Shown in pieces: positions 7,908 to 18,112 of a stretch of DNA of 64,000 nucleotides (within the stretch, counting starts at the first letter, position 1; the number at the start of each line of letters is the position of its first letter). This DNA comes from Kiritimatiellia bacterium (GTDB taxonomy: Bacteria > Verrucomicrobiota > Kiritimatiellia > RFP12 > UBA1067). Both the position numbers and the translations under genes were made by a program. The stretch lies in NCBI GenBank assembly GCA_017514235.1, contig JAFWKK010000014.1, forward strand, positions 19,061-83,060, written 5' to 3'. The notes beneath the pieces are model-generated. The model saw nothing but the letters and a program-made list of their open reading frames with translations. It made no database searches and was not told the DNA's origin.

Positions 7908-10900
7908 TCACTTTGTCGGGCGAACCCCCGCCGCAAGCCAATCGAAGGGTTTGAAACCAAGCGCATATGCCGGAGAATTCGGCTTAAGACGGAAATCCTG
8001 CCTGACCGGGTCGACAAATAACGGATCAGCGTACATCCCGCAGACCTCCTGCCCGCCTGTCCTCCAACCGTTCCAGTCCTTGCCGTCCAGCACCGGCTTG
8101 CCAGCAGCGTCCCACCAGAGATTTCCGGCCCACACGCCGCGCAAGGCATACTCGCCGGCAGACTTCAAGTCGCCGACCAGCGGAGAGCCATTCACATAGA
8201 CGATGTTGTTAACAAAGTCGAAGGCGCCCGGCATGTCTCCGTAGCGCACTTGCGACATGCGCACGGCGCCGGTGCGTCGGTTGAGTGCGAAGATATTGTT
8301 GCGCACAAGATTTCCAGTGCCGTAATGCTGATGGAACCCGCCATCATCGGTGTTCCAAACGAGATTGCGCTCGAAGAGCAACCCTTCAGACCCCTCGTCG
8401 GTGTAGAGGCCCCAACCGCCGTAGTCAAACGCCGTCACATTGTATATGACGTTGTCGGTGACTCGAGTGCCGAATCCCGTGCCGTTTGAATAGACACCGC
8501 CCATATCGCTCATGCCTGCTCCGCCGAGGTCGTGAATGCGATTAAACATTACACGGACACGCTGCGTGACACTGCCGGCATAGCCCCACGTCCATCCGAT
8601 CTCAACTCCTGAATAGTTGAAGTTGCATATCTCGTTATGCGCAATTGTCACGTCGCTCGCATGAGCAACCACAACGCCTACGCCTTCGGGATTAAACATG
8701 CCGCCGTTCCGTATGACACAATCCTCGACCGAGACGAAAGCCGTGGACATCGGACCGACTTTTTCTATGATCCGCCTCGTCAACTTCTCGCCAGGCGGCG
8801 GGATGCCTCTGTCGGCTGACGACCCTATCCAGATGCCTCCCGCGCCAAGATCCTCGAACAGGCACCGGTTGACACGGTTCGATTGACAGCCGTCGTAGAA
8901 CCGCATGCCATAGTTGCCGGTTCGGCGAAAAGAACACTGAACGAAGTCGACGTGGCGAGTCCCTGTCTGGGAGATGCAGCCATCTGACTGCATGGCCGCC
9001 TGGTAGTGGCGCGACTCCGTAGGACCTGTCGCACCACCCGTCGGATCGGAATATGCAAATCCTATTCCCTCAAACGAGATGTCCGTGACGAAACGCCCCT
9101 TCTCCGGCTCGCCACGAAAGTCGATGAGCCGAGACAGCTTGCCGAGGCTTGTCATGGCCTTCGCCGTGTCCGCTTGCTCTCCGGGCAGCGGAAGGTAGCG
9201 AACCTTCCCCGCCTTCGCATCGTAGAACCACTCGCCTGGGGAGTCAAATCCCGCACGCACGTTCTCAAAATAGAAAAGCGTCTTGTCAATCCACTTGTTC
9301 CAGCCCTGGCTCTTCCATTCGGACTCCGTCGACGTGCGCAACTTCGCCGCGTCAACCCCCCGCAAAACACGACGAGACTCGCTCCAGTGACAGATTACGA
9401 ACTGCTGCGCATACGGCATTTCGTCCGTTGTCATCTCAGCCAGCGCCGCCATTTCCGCTTTGTTGGTGAATGTCGCTTCATGACGATAGCGAATCTTGCC
9501 TGCCGCATCATTGAACGGCGTCTCGGTCGCACATGAGCAGCGCAGAAAACCCTCGTTTGGAATCCGTGCGCGCTGCGCCCTCTTCCCGTTCATCCAGAGC
9601 TGCTCGAAATGAACTGGCTTGCCGTCTGATCCCTTCGGGATGTCCGCCTCCCAAGATCCGTCGTCGGTCTTCTTCCAAGGCCCGACTTTGCCTCCACCGG
9701 TGAAGACTACGCCTTTCTCGCCGACCCAGCGGACTGGCGCCTCCGGCGCGCCAGAATCCTCCGATGTCAAGACCAACGTTTCGTTCAGCACATACGTCCC
9801 TTTTTTGACATGCACCGTCCACGCCGATGCGTCACCTTTCGCCTTGGCCGCGCGAATCGTCTCAAGCGCCGCCTTCGGCGACAGTCCGTCCGGAGCCACA
9901 GTCAATTCGCGTTTCAACGTCTTAGCTCCCATGAACAGCTCGACAGCGCGGACGCAGACATCCTGTGCCGGGCCGATAGCAAGCTCATTGACTCCATCCT
10001 TGAGCGCCGACACGGGGAAGTTGAAACGATAAGCAAACCTTGAGCCTGGCACATGATGCGGACGTCTCAACCAACTCGTCGGATCAATCTCCTCCCACAT
10101 GCTCACCCTTGTCCCGTTAATCGAAACCGCGCCGAGAACGGCAGAATCTACTGGGCTTTCAAAGGCAAGGTTTGCATACGTCTCTTTCGGCTCTCCGACC
10201 TTGCCGATCTTGATCTTAAACGTCATGCGGTCTTTCAGCACAACCGGGACCGCGGCCCCGTTCGACATGCCCTCAGGCACTGAATCACAGAATGTCAGCG
10301 GATACGCCCGGGCCTCCGCCCTGACAGCATCCTCGTCAGGAATGCCATCGCCCTGCACAAACTTCATGCACGGAACCGTATGAAAGTATTGAAAGAAGTT
10401 GAATACATAGAAATCACGGACTCCCTCCGCATACATACGCTCGAAATACCCTGCGCATTCAGCGCGCGTGGCTTCCGTCAAATTCCAATCAACCGGATCC
10501 AGCATGACACCGGATTTGTCGAAGCTGACGAGAAACTTCACATTCGGATTGGCCGCCGCAAGCGCCATGCGAAACTCCCCGCATTCAAGACCCCAGTCAT
10601 TTGTCGTGAAGAAAGCTCCAGCCGTCACCCAATCGACGAGACCTTCATTCGCCCAAGCGACAGCATCCGTGCCAAGGCCCCTTGCCGCTGCCATGCGAGA
10701 ACAAACACGCACACCAAGAAGTATCTTCTTGCCTCGTTTCCTGGAAATCTCGTCTATAATCTTGCGCATCTCACGCATGTACTCAGTCAGATACTTCGCA
10801 CCGTCCCCGGCCTTCTCTATTTCAGGAGAGAGGTGATGGGGGAAGCGCTGCCAGTCGCACTCGAAGCCATCCACGTCCCAGCGCTCAAGCATTTCGCGGG

Positions 10901-11471
10901 CAAGGGAAAGAGCATGTTCTCGGACGAGCTTGTGCTGGTAATCCAAGGCTGCAGGTTCCCACGGATAGCAACCCTGCTTGTCAAAGCCCGGAACGCGCCG
11001 GCACTCAGGATGCTTCAGCCAGAATGAGCATGTAGAACAAGTGTCTCGCGCTCCGATGTCATGGATGTCATTCATGCGCTGGGTGATCCAAGGGGATATG
11101 CCCCTTTCACGTGCGCGATCGATCCATATCTGCACACGATCGACGCCTCTGTCAGCAAGCAGCTTTGTGTTTGTCGCAACAATGTTAGTCGATGTCGGCA
11201 AATCAGGATCTACCCGATAACATGTATCCCAGACCTTCGAGTCAAACATTGCACAACGCGCATTGGCGCAAATGAAGAAATGCGTGTTTTTCCCGACGTT
11301 CACGAGGTCAAAGTATTCCTTTGCCCCCTCGGCGGTCATTTTCTCAGGCGGGAACGAATACTGAAAAAACGAATCGTCTTGATTCAACACCAATGTGTCC
11401 CGTACGAGGCCAGCGCGCATATCCGACCATGCCACTATGGCAACCATCGCCGTCATTATCTTAATTTTCAT
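7908..11471 (-). CDS. secreted two-module glycan-active enzyme: GHL10-type TIM-barrel domain plus right-handed parallel beta-helix domain
   Basis: Signal peptide present. The N-terminal half resembles glycosyl-hydrolase-like family 10 (DVDGFECDWQRFPHHL). The C-terminal half carries beta-helix repeats (NVIYNV..GGWGLYTDEGSEGLLFERNLVWNT..GNLVRNNIFA). Confidence 0.7.
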   Translation of the reverse strand: MKIKIMTAMVAIVAWSDMRAGLVRDTLVLNQDDSFFQYSFPPEKMTAEGAKEYFDLVNVGKNTHFFICANARCAMFDSKVWDTCYRVDPDLPTSTNIVATNTKLLADRGVDRVQIWIDRARERGISPWITQRMNDIHDIGARDTCSTCSFWLKHPECRRVPGFDKQGCYPWEPAALDYQHKLVREHALSLAREMLERWDVDGFECDWQRFPHHLSPEIEKAGDGAKYLTEYMREMRKIIDEISRKRGKKILLGVRVCSRMAAARGLGTDAVAWANEGLVDWVTAGAFFTTNDWGLECGEFRMALAAANPNVKFLVSFDKSGVMLDPVDWNLTEATRAECAGYFERMYAEGVRDFYVFNFFQYFHTVPCMKFVQGDGIPDEDAVRAEARAYPLTFCDSVPEGMSNGAAVPVVLKDRMTFKIKIGKVGEPKETYANLAFESPVDSAVLGAVSINGTRVSMWEEIDPTSWLRRPHHVPGSRFAYRFNFPVSALKDGVNELAIGPAQDVCVRAVELFMGAKTLKRELTVAPDGLSPKAALETIRAAKAKGDASAWTVHVKKGTYVLNETLVLTSEDSGAPEAPVRWVGEKGVVFTGGGKVGPWKKTDDGSWEADIPKGSDGKPVHFEQLWMNGKRAQRARIPNEGFLRCSCATETPFNDAAGKIRYRHEATFTNKAEMAALAEMTTDEMPYAQQFVICHWSESRRVLRGVDAAKLRTSTESEWKSQGWNKWIDKTLFYFENVRAGFDSPGEWFYDAKAGKVRYLPLPGEQADTAKAMTSLGKLSRLIDFRGEPEKGRFVTDISFEGIGFAYSDPTGGATGPTESRHYQAAMQSDGCISQTGTRHVDFVQCSFRRTGNYGMRFYDGCQSNRVNRCLFEDLGAGGIWIGSSADRGIPPPGEKLTRRIIEKVGPMSTAFVSVEDCVIRNGGMFNPEGVGVVVAHASDVTIAHNEICNFNYSGVEIGWTWGYAGSVTQRVRVMFNRIHDLGGAGMSDMGGVYSNGTGFGTRVTDNVIYNVTAFDYGGWGLYTDEGSEGLLFERNLVWNTDDGGFHQHYGTGNLVRNNIFALNRRTGAVRMSQVRYGDMPGAFDFVNNIVYVNGSPLVGDLKSAGEYALRGVWAGNLWWDAAGKPVLDGKDWNGWRTGGQEVCGMYADPLFVDPVRQDFRLKPNSPAYALGFKPFDWLAAGVRPTK

Positions 11472-11543
11472 TCTATCGCCTGTCTCCTTTCGTTTCTTAT
11501 TACCGACTCATTCTAGCAGTCGAAACGCCTCACCCCCAAACCA

Positions 11544-12947
11544 TCATCTCGTTTCAGCCGGCGCCGTGAACACGTCTTCCATCAGCGCATCCGCAAAGAT
11601 TGCGAGACCACGTGGATCTGGATGGTTAATGTCGTTGCACAGCAGCGTCATGTATGGAATCCCCTGTCGCCAAAGACGCCCCCACCGCTTCGATGCGTCC
11701 GCAAGGGCAATGTCGTGTTTCCGCGCAAAATCTCGAAGGCAGGAGACATACGGACGAGTGTCGTCGTCACAGCCCTTCTGCGAAATGAACTTCATTTGCT
11801 CAAGCCGCGAATAGTGCGGCGTCAGAATGATCCACTCTATGCCTTTTTTCTCAAACTGGGCGAGATATGCATCGCCATATGTCCGCTCCATGCTGTCAGC
11901 CGTTTGATAACATGAGAAATCATTTAAGAACTCGCTGACCACAAGATCCGGCTTCGCGTCCAGCACGGCCCGCCTGAAGTTCTTCGGGCTATCCGGCGGC
12001 GCCTTGAGAAAATCACTCGAATAATGCCCATCCCAGCCAGCAGTCACGAGTTCGATTTCAGCCATGGGGAACATCGGACGCAGCCTGCTGACGAACACTT
12101 CCTGCCAGCGCTTGCTCTTATCGGCCAGATAGTAGTCAAGCGTCTCTGTAACACTGTCGCCCCAAGCGAGAATGCGCACCTTTCCGCCATTCCTAAGTTT
12201 TGAGAACGTCTTCGGAATCAAACGAGAAGCCACCGTGTTGCCGTAAGGGTCGATGGTCTGCTGGCGGGGATACGACGCCTCAAGCACTGGAAAAACGTTA
12301 TCATCAGTCAGCCTCTTCGTCCGCGCATCGACATAGACATTAAGAATCCGCCGTTCGCATGCCGCAGTCTCAGGTGGCACCGGTGTCGCCACATGTGGCG
12401 TACCGATCCTATAGACGAGCGTTCCCCTTTCGTCCAAGACAACCGAGTCAATGCGCCGCTGGAGATAGGCGTAGTCGGCAACCACCGAATCTGACGCATC
12501 AATGTGTCCGTTCTCAAGCCTGCCGACAAGTCCCCAGGCTCCGTCGATCTCATAATCCACGCCCTGCAGCAGCGTGACGCCTTTTGCATCTCGAATGCGA
12601 ACAGACTCGGGCACGAGCGCGAACTTGACCGAACAGCCGAGTGCATAGACACCCTTGAACTGCCTCCCGCGAAAACACTCGTACTTGCCAGGATCGAAAA
12701 CCGGCAGGCCTTCGTAGCGCTCGTTATCCACCTCAATGCACGGCGGCGGCGCGACGACAAAGGCCCGGCTCCGTCCATCCACGGAGACCGACAAACACCA
12801 ATCCCTATCAATCGACCAATCCGTCACACAGGTGCCAGTCAAGGCTACGGATGCCATAATGGAGGCCAGCGCCCCTGCTATCTTCATACTCAAAATGCCT
12901 CTCCGATCTATGCTACCGCATTCATGCCGTATCTGCTTCTCGGACAT
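11544..12947 (-). CDS. SGNH/GDSL-family hydrolase (esterase) with N-terminal extra domain
   Basis: Block I is VRILAWGDSVTE and block V is DINHPDPRG. An alternative SD-preceded start at 12887 gives a lipoprotein-like signal peptide (MKIAGALASIMASVALTGTC). Confidence 0.75.
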   Translation of the reverse strand: MSEKQIRHECGSIDRRGILSMKIAGALASIMASVALTGTCVTDWSIDRDWCLSVSVDGRSRAFVVAPPPCIEVDNERYEGLPVFDPGKYECFRGRQFKGVYALGCSVKFALVPESVRIRDAKGVTLLQGVDYEIDGAWGLVGRLENGHIDASDSVVADYAYLQRRIDSVVLDERGTLVYRIGTPHVATPVPPETAACERRILNVYVDARTKRLTDDNVFPVLEASYPRQQTIDPYGNTVASRLIPKTFSKLRNGGKVRILAWGDSVTETLDYYLADKSKRWQEVFVSRLRPMFPMAEIELVTAGWDGHYSSDFLKAPPDSPKNFRRAVLDAKPDLVVSEFLNDFSCYQTADSMERTYGDAYLAQFEKKGIEWIILTPHYSRLEQMKFISQKGCDDDTRPYVSCLRDFARKHDIALADASKRWGRLWRQGIPYMTLLCNDINHPDPRGLAIFADALMEDVFTAPAETR

Positions 12948-12959
12948 TCTTGCCCGTTT

Positions 12960-14921
12960 CTATCGAACAGTGACAGAAAAGCCAGGCGCATCAACAATCT
13001 GTGAATAACGTATCGTGCCATCGCCCGGCGCACGGTAGCCTTCAGGGATAAAGAGCACGTCCTCTGACCTGTCGATACGCTTGAACAACGAGCCGCCGCC
13101 AGCAGTAGCCACGCCGACGAAGCCCGGAATAGTCTCTCCCACCTTCAGTACTTTTACCCTTTTGCCCGCCAGCTGCTTCGCATAGCCTGTGCGCACCGCG
13201 ATCCGGCCGCCACCACCAGGCGCCTGCGAACCGACGTCCAGCTCGTTCACCGCATCGCCGCCTTTTGCCATAATCATTCCTGTGCCAGCGAAAGTCTCTC
13301 CACAAAGATAAATACCACCGCCAGAGCCGGCGTGCGGACGGAAAAGATTGCCGCTGCCTGCAATGGCACTGGACCCGCAGCCAAAACCATTGGCTGTCAC
13401 CACGCCATCCACGGTCACGGCTCCACCCGCTTCAACGAAGATCAGCCCTCCGCCTGAACCACCGCTTTTCGCCACCTGTTCACCGCCTCCAGAACCGCAC
13501 ATATCCGGAAGCCATTCATCGCCATATGTCCTGCCTCGATCTTCTTCCAACCCATCCCACCCAGGGGCTCCGCCACATCCGCCCATGCCGCCATAGCCGC
13601 CAGAGCCCATGCCGCGTCCCGCGTCCGGGCCAAAGCCACTTTCGTGATTGACGTTGAAACTGGTAGAGGCATGGTAGCTGCCGCCAAGTCCGCCACGACC
13701 ATCAGCAGAAACGACACCCCCCGCCTCTACGGTAAAGTTACCGCCAATGGAAAAACGCGGCGCACCGAGATTCTCTTGATCACACGTCGCGATCAAACGC
13801 CCGCCGTCGTGCACAAACACCGAACCAGACACTACCACTTCGCCGCCCCACGTCGTCACGGCGTTTGTCTCTGCAGCGTTGATCTCAAGCGCACCGCCAT
13901 TCCGCAGCACGAGGTCGCCGCAGATTGAAATCTTGTTTGGCACGCGACCTGCCCAAACCTCGGCCGTCAGCATACGATTCGTCATGCAGACGCCACCGAC
14001 GTCGAGCCTCGCATCGCCATCTATCGTAAGATTGCCGTCCACCGTCACCGTAAAGCCTTCCTCGTCCGAACGTACATGTCCATGCGTCATGGTCGTGTCA
14101 CTATCGAATGTCAGCGAAGGCACCCCCACAAGACGCCCTGAAAGACCACTCCCGAAAAGCTGATATAGAAGCGTCGGGTTGGACAAGTAAACCGTGCCCG
14201 GTTCCGCGCCGACACAGTTCCAGTCCGAATCGGCAAAGCCATAAGACCTTGTCCCCGTTCCTCGGCCCTGATACGTGCCTTCCGCAGCCGAGACGTAAAG
14301 TCCGGCCGCCGGATTTGCCGCCTGTGCAGCCGCCTCCGTATATATGGCAATGCGTCCGCCGCCAGCGGGAAAGTGATCGAATCCGGCTTTGCGGTTGTAA
14401 TAGCGAATCAGCGGCAACTCTGGTGATGCACCCTTGCCGCCCTCGGCCGCGATAACGCCCAGTCCGCCGACAGACGCAGCGTCAATCCAGATGCTGCCGC
14501 CTGCGCCAGCCGTCTCGTAGTGCGACCAGTTGGCGCTCGTGGAGCCACCATTCGCGAGGATCGAGCCGTTGACCGTCACCCGTCCTGTCGCCTCGATACG
14601 CACGATGCCGCCACCGGAGACATCGAAACCGCCAGCACAGCTCTGCCCGCTCGAACCTGCCGTCGTCGGCTGTCGTGCATCGCCATACGGATACTTTATG
14701 GTCTCAGTATAGTTGAGTTCCGAGAATGCGCCCCGGCCACCATGCGTCGCACCGGCATACCACCATCCCGGCTGGCCTGGGCCAGAACCGTCACCACTAT
14801 TTGACGTGCCGTCGACAGGCCGCCATCCGCGGCAGCTGACGTCGATAGCCCCCCCCCCGCCATGACCATCAGATCTACACACTTCAGCCACACGCGTGAA
14901 GGCAACTCCCCTTCCGCACAC
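12960..14921 (-). CDS. C-terminal part of giant Gly-rich beta-helical surface protein (separated from the N-terminal part by a frameshift at the G10 tract)
   Basis: G-rich beta-helix-like repeats. As assembled there is no signal peptide and only a GTG start. The reading frame upstream of the tract continues the 14696-16945 product if one G is added. Confidence 0.65.
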   Translation of the reverse strand: MCGRGVAFTRVAEVCRSDGHGGGGAIDVSCRGWRPVDGTSNSGDGSGPGQPGWWYAGATHGGRGAFSELNYTETIKYPYGDARQPTTAGSSGQSCAGGFDVSGGGIVRIEATGRVTVNGSILANGGSTSANWSHYETAGAGGSIWIDAASVGGLGVIAAEGGKGASPELPLIRYYNRKAGFDHFPAGGGRIAIYTEAAAQAANPAAGLYVSAAEGTYQGRGTGTRSYGFADSDWNCVGAEPGTVYLSNPTLLYQLFGSGLSGRLVGVPSLTFDSDTTMTHGHVRSDEEGFTVTVDGNLTIDGDARLDVGGVCMTNRMLTAEVWAGRVPNKISICGDLVLRNGGALEINAAETNAVTTWGGEVVVSGSVFVHDGGRLIATCDQENLGAPRFSIGGNFTVEAGGVVSADGRGGLGGSYHASTSFNVNHESGFGPDAGRGMGSGGYGGMGGCGGAPGWDGLEEDRGRTYGDEWLPDMCGSGGGEQVAKSGGSGGGLIFVEAGGAVTVDGVVTANGFGCGSSAIAGSGNLFRPHAGSGGGIYLCGETFAGTGMIMAKGGDAVNELDVGSQAPGGGGRIAVRTGYAKQLAGKRVKVLKVGETIPGFVGVATAGGGSLFKRIDRSEDVLFIPEGYRAPGDGTIRYSQIVDAPGFSVTVR

Positions 14922-16945
14922 GAGCCCGACACCGTCACCGTCGCGCCGGCTCCAACTATAATGGCATCTGCCTCGATTGACGAAAATCCATTGGTGAAGA
15001 GCAACGTAGAGCCGCTGTCAAGAAACAACTCTCGGACCTTCGGCGCCGAGCCGTTCACCGTCACCGCAGCCGCACCAATAGTCACATCATGCGTCTCGTC
15101 CGGAACCCTGCCAATGCTCCAGTTTCCCGGGTCGTTCCAATCCCCCGAAGCTGCGCCTGACCAACCACACGGCAGTCCAAACCTACCGACTTCAATGACA
15201 CCCTCCCCTGAGAGCGTGCCGGCAAGCGCTACGGAATCCTTCGTATAAACCCCGACAGGCAAAGGATAGCCGCCATCTACCGAAAGCGTGTTAACGGTAA
15301 GCGTCACGTTCCGTCCGAGCCTTAGTCCGCCCGTTCCACCGGACGTCAGCTCCATCGCATAGGTCTTCTGATAAACATTGGCTGTCGCATCGATCTCCAA
15401 TACGGCATCCGCTGCAATCTTCACTGACGAAAGCGACGTAAAGCCATAGCCGTCCGACAGCAGCACCTTGCCGCTCTTGACCTCCACTTCGCCCGCAGTC
15501 GGAGAGATGGCCTGAGTAAGTGTCAAGGTGCTGTCTGACTGCGGATCCCACTTGAGGCCTGCCGCACCCTTGAACATGCCGTGGAACCCAAACGACGGGA
15601 TGCCCAGCCCGACGTAGCTGATTCGCGCCGGCTGATCCGCCGGGCTTGTGAACCCGTAGCTCGTGATACCGTCAGGCTCCGTGTATTTGCTTGCATTGAA
15701 CTGACTTATCAACTGATCATTGCCCTTCAGGTCGATGAACATCGGCACGACTCCCGTCTCGTCGTTCCACCACTTCAGCTCGTCTATCTTTGCCGGAAGA
15801 ACGTTCTCGGCCTCGCAGAAAACGTTAATGCCGGGTTTGAGCTGAAACCTCGCCGCATCCGTCGGGTTCTGCCCGTAGAAGTGCATTCCTACGTCCTGAC
15901 AGTCGGACACCAGATAATCGTTCTGATAGCCAAAAGTCAGGCCGGGAACCACGTCCAAATCGCCAGCCGCCATCGGACGGTGGAGATGGAAGTTCCCTCC
16001 CGATCCTATCGTGTAGAAATAGATTGTGCCGTAATTGGAAAAAACATACCCGTCAAAATGGACGTCTATTGGCATTTCCCTGACACTGCGGATTTCGAAA
16101 CAGTCGTTGGCCGCTTCGTTGTAGACATTGGCCGAAAAGCGGACGGCACCAGTAAACCCCGTGAATATGATGTCGCGCGTGTAGACCAACCATTGCCCGC
16201 ACATAGCGAATGTCTTAGATACGAAGACCGGTATCTCTATCGTACCTGGGGCCTTCACCCACAATTGGGTGCCGTAGTTTCCATCACCACCAAGGTCCGC
16301 CATCTGACACCCCAAAGCACCACAATCGTAGATGTGAACATCGCTAGATCCATAAGTCGGGCTGGTCGAAGCGGAAGATGTGTTCGAGACAAACCATCCA
16401 TCGCCACGATATGGAAATCCATCCACGACTTCTGCACGGGAAGAAAACACTCCTTCGAAATGGTTCGCACAATAGAGATGAATGTCCCCCCTGCCCGACT
16501 TCGCAATGCCGCCCGCACCCGAGATTTCTCCTCTAAACCGAAAGGGCCCGGCGATCGTACGGTCCACCGATGCGTCCAGAGACCCGCAATTGACAAGCGG
16601 AGTAGCCGGATCGAATATGCGAATCGCGTTTGAAACGTCTATGTCATTGCGCGAAGTAGAGACAATGCCACCATCGCCAAGCGTTATCTGCGCCCCGGTC
16701 AACGTCAGCGTCGCCGTTCCTGAAACCACCATGCCCTTCACAGCTACTGCCGAACCTACCGTAACCGCCGTAGGTTCGCGGACAGCGAACGTTGCTGTAT
16801 CCTCGTCCGCATTTGGATAACCTGAGTTGGGCAGCCAGTTCGTCGCCATCGTCCACTCGCCAGACGTTCCGCCGTTCCATGTGTATTCCACAGCCCATGC
16901 ACATGCACAAAGCAACGTTAACGCGGCGGCCAAATGAATTTTCAT
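14696..16945 (-). CDS. N-terminal part of giant surface protein (signal peptide, autotransporter-associated beta-strand-like repeats)
   Basis: MKIHLAAALTLLCACAWA signal peptide after an AAGGAAG SD. TWNGGTSGEWTMATNW and GDWNDPGNWS motifs are present. The last ~50 codons after the G10 tract look out of frame. Confidence 0.65.
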   Translation of the reverse strand: MKIHLAAALTLLCACAWAVEYTWNGGTSGEWTMATNWLPNSGYPNADEDTATFAVREPTAVTVGSAVAVKGMVVSGTATLTLTGAQITLGDGGIVSTSRNDIDVSNAIRIFDPATPLVNCGSLDASVDRTIAGPFRFRGEISGAGGIAKSGRGDIHLYCANHFEGVFSSRAEVVDGFPYRGDGWFVSNTSSASTSPTYGSSDVHIYDCGALGCQMADLGGDGNYGTQLWVKAPGTIEIPVFVSKTFAMCGQWLVYTRDIIFTGFTGAVRFSANVYNEAANDCFEIRSVREMPIDVHFDGYVFSNYGTIYFYTIGSGGNFHLHRPMAAGDLDVVPGLTFGYQNDYLVSDCQDVGMHFYGQNPTDAARFQLKPGINVFCEAENVLPAKIDELKWWNDETGVVPMFIDLKGNDQLISQFNASKYTEPDGITSYGFTSPADQPARISYVGLGIPSFGFHGMFKGAAGLKWDPQSDSTLTLTQAISPTAGEVEVKSGKVLLSDGYGFTSLSSVKIAADAVLEIDATANVYQKTYAMELTSGGTGGLRLGRNVTLTVNTLSVDGGYPLPVGVYTKDSVALAGTLSGEGVIEVGRFGLPCGWSGAASGDWNDPGNWSIGRVPDETHDVTIGAAAVTVNGSAPKVRELFLDSGSTLLFTNGFSSIEADAIIVGAGATVTVSGSCAEGELPSRVWLKCVDLMVMAGGGLSTSAAADGGLSTARQIVVTVLAQASRDGGMPVRRMVAGAHSRNSTILRP
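14849..14858 (-). repeat. homopolymer: C10 on the plus strand (G10 in the coding strand) at the frame junction of the two giant-protein ORFs
   Basis: Counted directly: ...gatagCCCCCCCCCCgccatg... Confidence 0.95.
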
Positions 16946-17014
16946 CTTCACTTCCTTTCGGTCTTGGTTGTTTACTTGCACCATTCGCACGTCATTCCCT
17001 GTCCACGAAACATT

Positions 17015-18112
17015 TCACATGAACAGCTCTCCAACGTCGACGAAGGCCTGTCCATCACGCTTGTACCAGAAACAGAACATCAGCCTGCCATCTTTTAAAC
17101 GAGTCACCGATGGCTGTCCAAACTTTATGAAGCCAAATATCTCCGGCATCTTCTCGTCGCGCCTGATAGGACCATTGCCGACGCTCCATATGACACCTTC
17201 CTGGACGACATTCCACGAACGGTCTCTAAAATCGCACACATAACCATAGACTCCCGGCATGTCCGTGTCACGGCGCCGTGCTATGACTGCTAGGAACTTC
17301 TCCCCGCCGAGTGCGCAAAGCGATGCCGCCTGACCCATGACGCCCGTGCTGATCGGCTTCGAGAACGTATGCCCATTGTCCTCTGAATAGGTAATGTGAT
17401 TTGGAAGGCGCGCACCAGTTTTGAGATTCTCGTTCCAACCGATGTCAACTATCGTTCCGGAATCCAGCACACAGAAACGTTGCTCGTAGCAGCTAACCTC
17501 GCCGTTGCCGAAGTCCATGCATATGACGTCGTCGTTCCACGTCCTTCCTGAGTCTCGCGAAACGAGGCAGCGCCCGCAAAGCGGCGCCGTCATCCGTCCG
17601 TCCCAATCCGGAAACCCCGTAATCGGAGCCGCCAACGAACCGTCATTTAACTGGACGATCGGCGCGGATGCCTCGGCATGGGCATGCCAGGCATCTGGAA
17701 TTGCAACTTTGTCCGACCAAGTCCTGGCGTTGTCCTCAGAAAACGAATAAAAAACACGATGCGAAATCAATCCACCCGTAGTCGGATTGCTCAGAAGTGC
17801 GTCACGATCCATCCGGACCGAGCCGTAGCCGAGAGCAAGAACACGACCGCCGCCAAGCGACGTACACTTGCAGTATTCTGACTCGCCAATGTCTTTAGTG
17901 AACATACGCCGCGATTCCGACCACGACACACCTCCGTCTTTGCTTTGCGCAAGATAGCAACGCGCATCGACTGCATCCATCGCTTCACCCATATAGAAAC
18001 AGCACAAAAGAGTGCCGTCGTCCAGCTCGCAAAGATTCGGGAAAAACGGCTGTCGGCTCCGAACCTGCGGAATGGGATTGTCATAAACGTGAACTAGGTT
18101 ACCGAGGGTCAT
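17015..18112 (-). CDS. BNR/Asp-box repeat protein, sialidase-fold six-bladed propeller (no signal peptide)
   Basis: Four Asp-boxes are present: SKDGGVSWS, SEDNARTWS, SRDSGRTWN, SEDNGHTFS. Confidence 0.7.
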   Translation of the reverse strand: MTLGNLVHVYDNPIPQVRSRQPFFPNLCELDDGTLLCCFYMGEAMDAVDARCYLAQSKDGGVSWSESRRMFTKDIGESEYCKCTSLGGGRVLALGYGSVRMDRDALLSNPTTGGLISHRVFYSFSEDNARTWSDKVAIPDAWHAHAEASAPIVQLNDGSLAAPITGFPDWDGRMTAPLCGRCLVSRDSGRTWNDDVICMDFGNGEVSCYEQRFCVLDSGTIVDIGWNENLKTGARLPNHITYSEDNGHTFSKPISTGVMGQAASLCALGGEKFLAVIARRRDTDMPGVYGYVCDFRDRSWNVVQEGVIWSVGNGPIRRDEKMPEIFGFIKFGQPSVTRLKDGRLMFCFWYKRDGQAFVDVGELFM

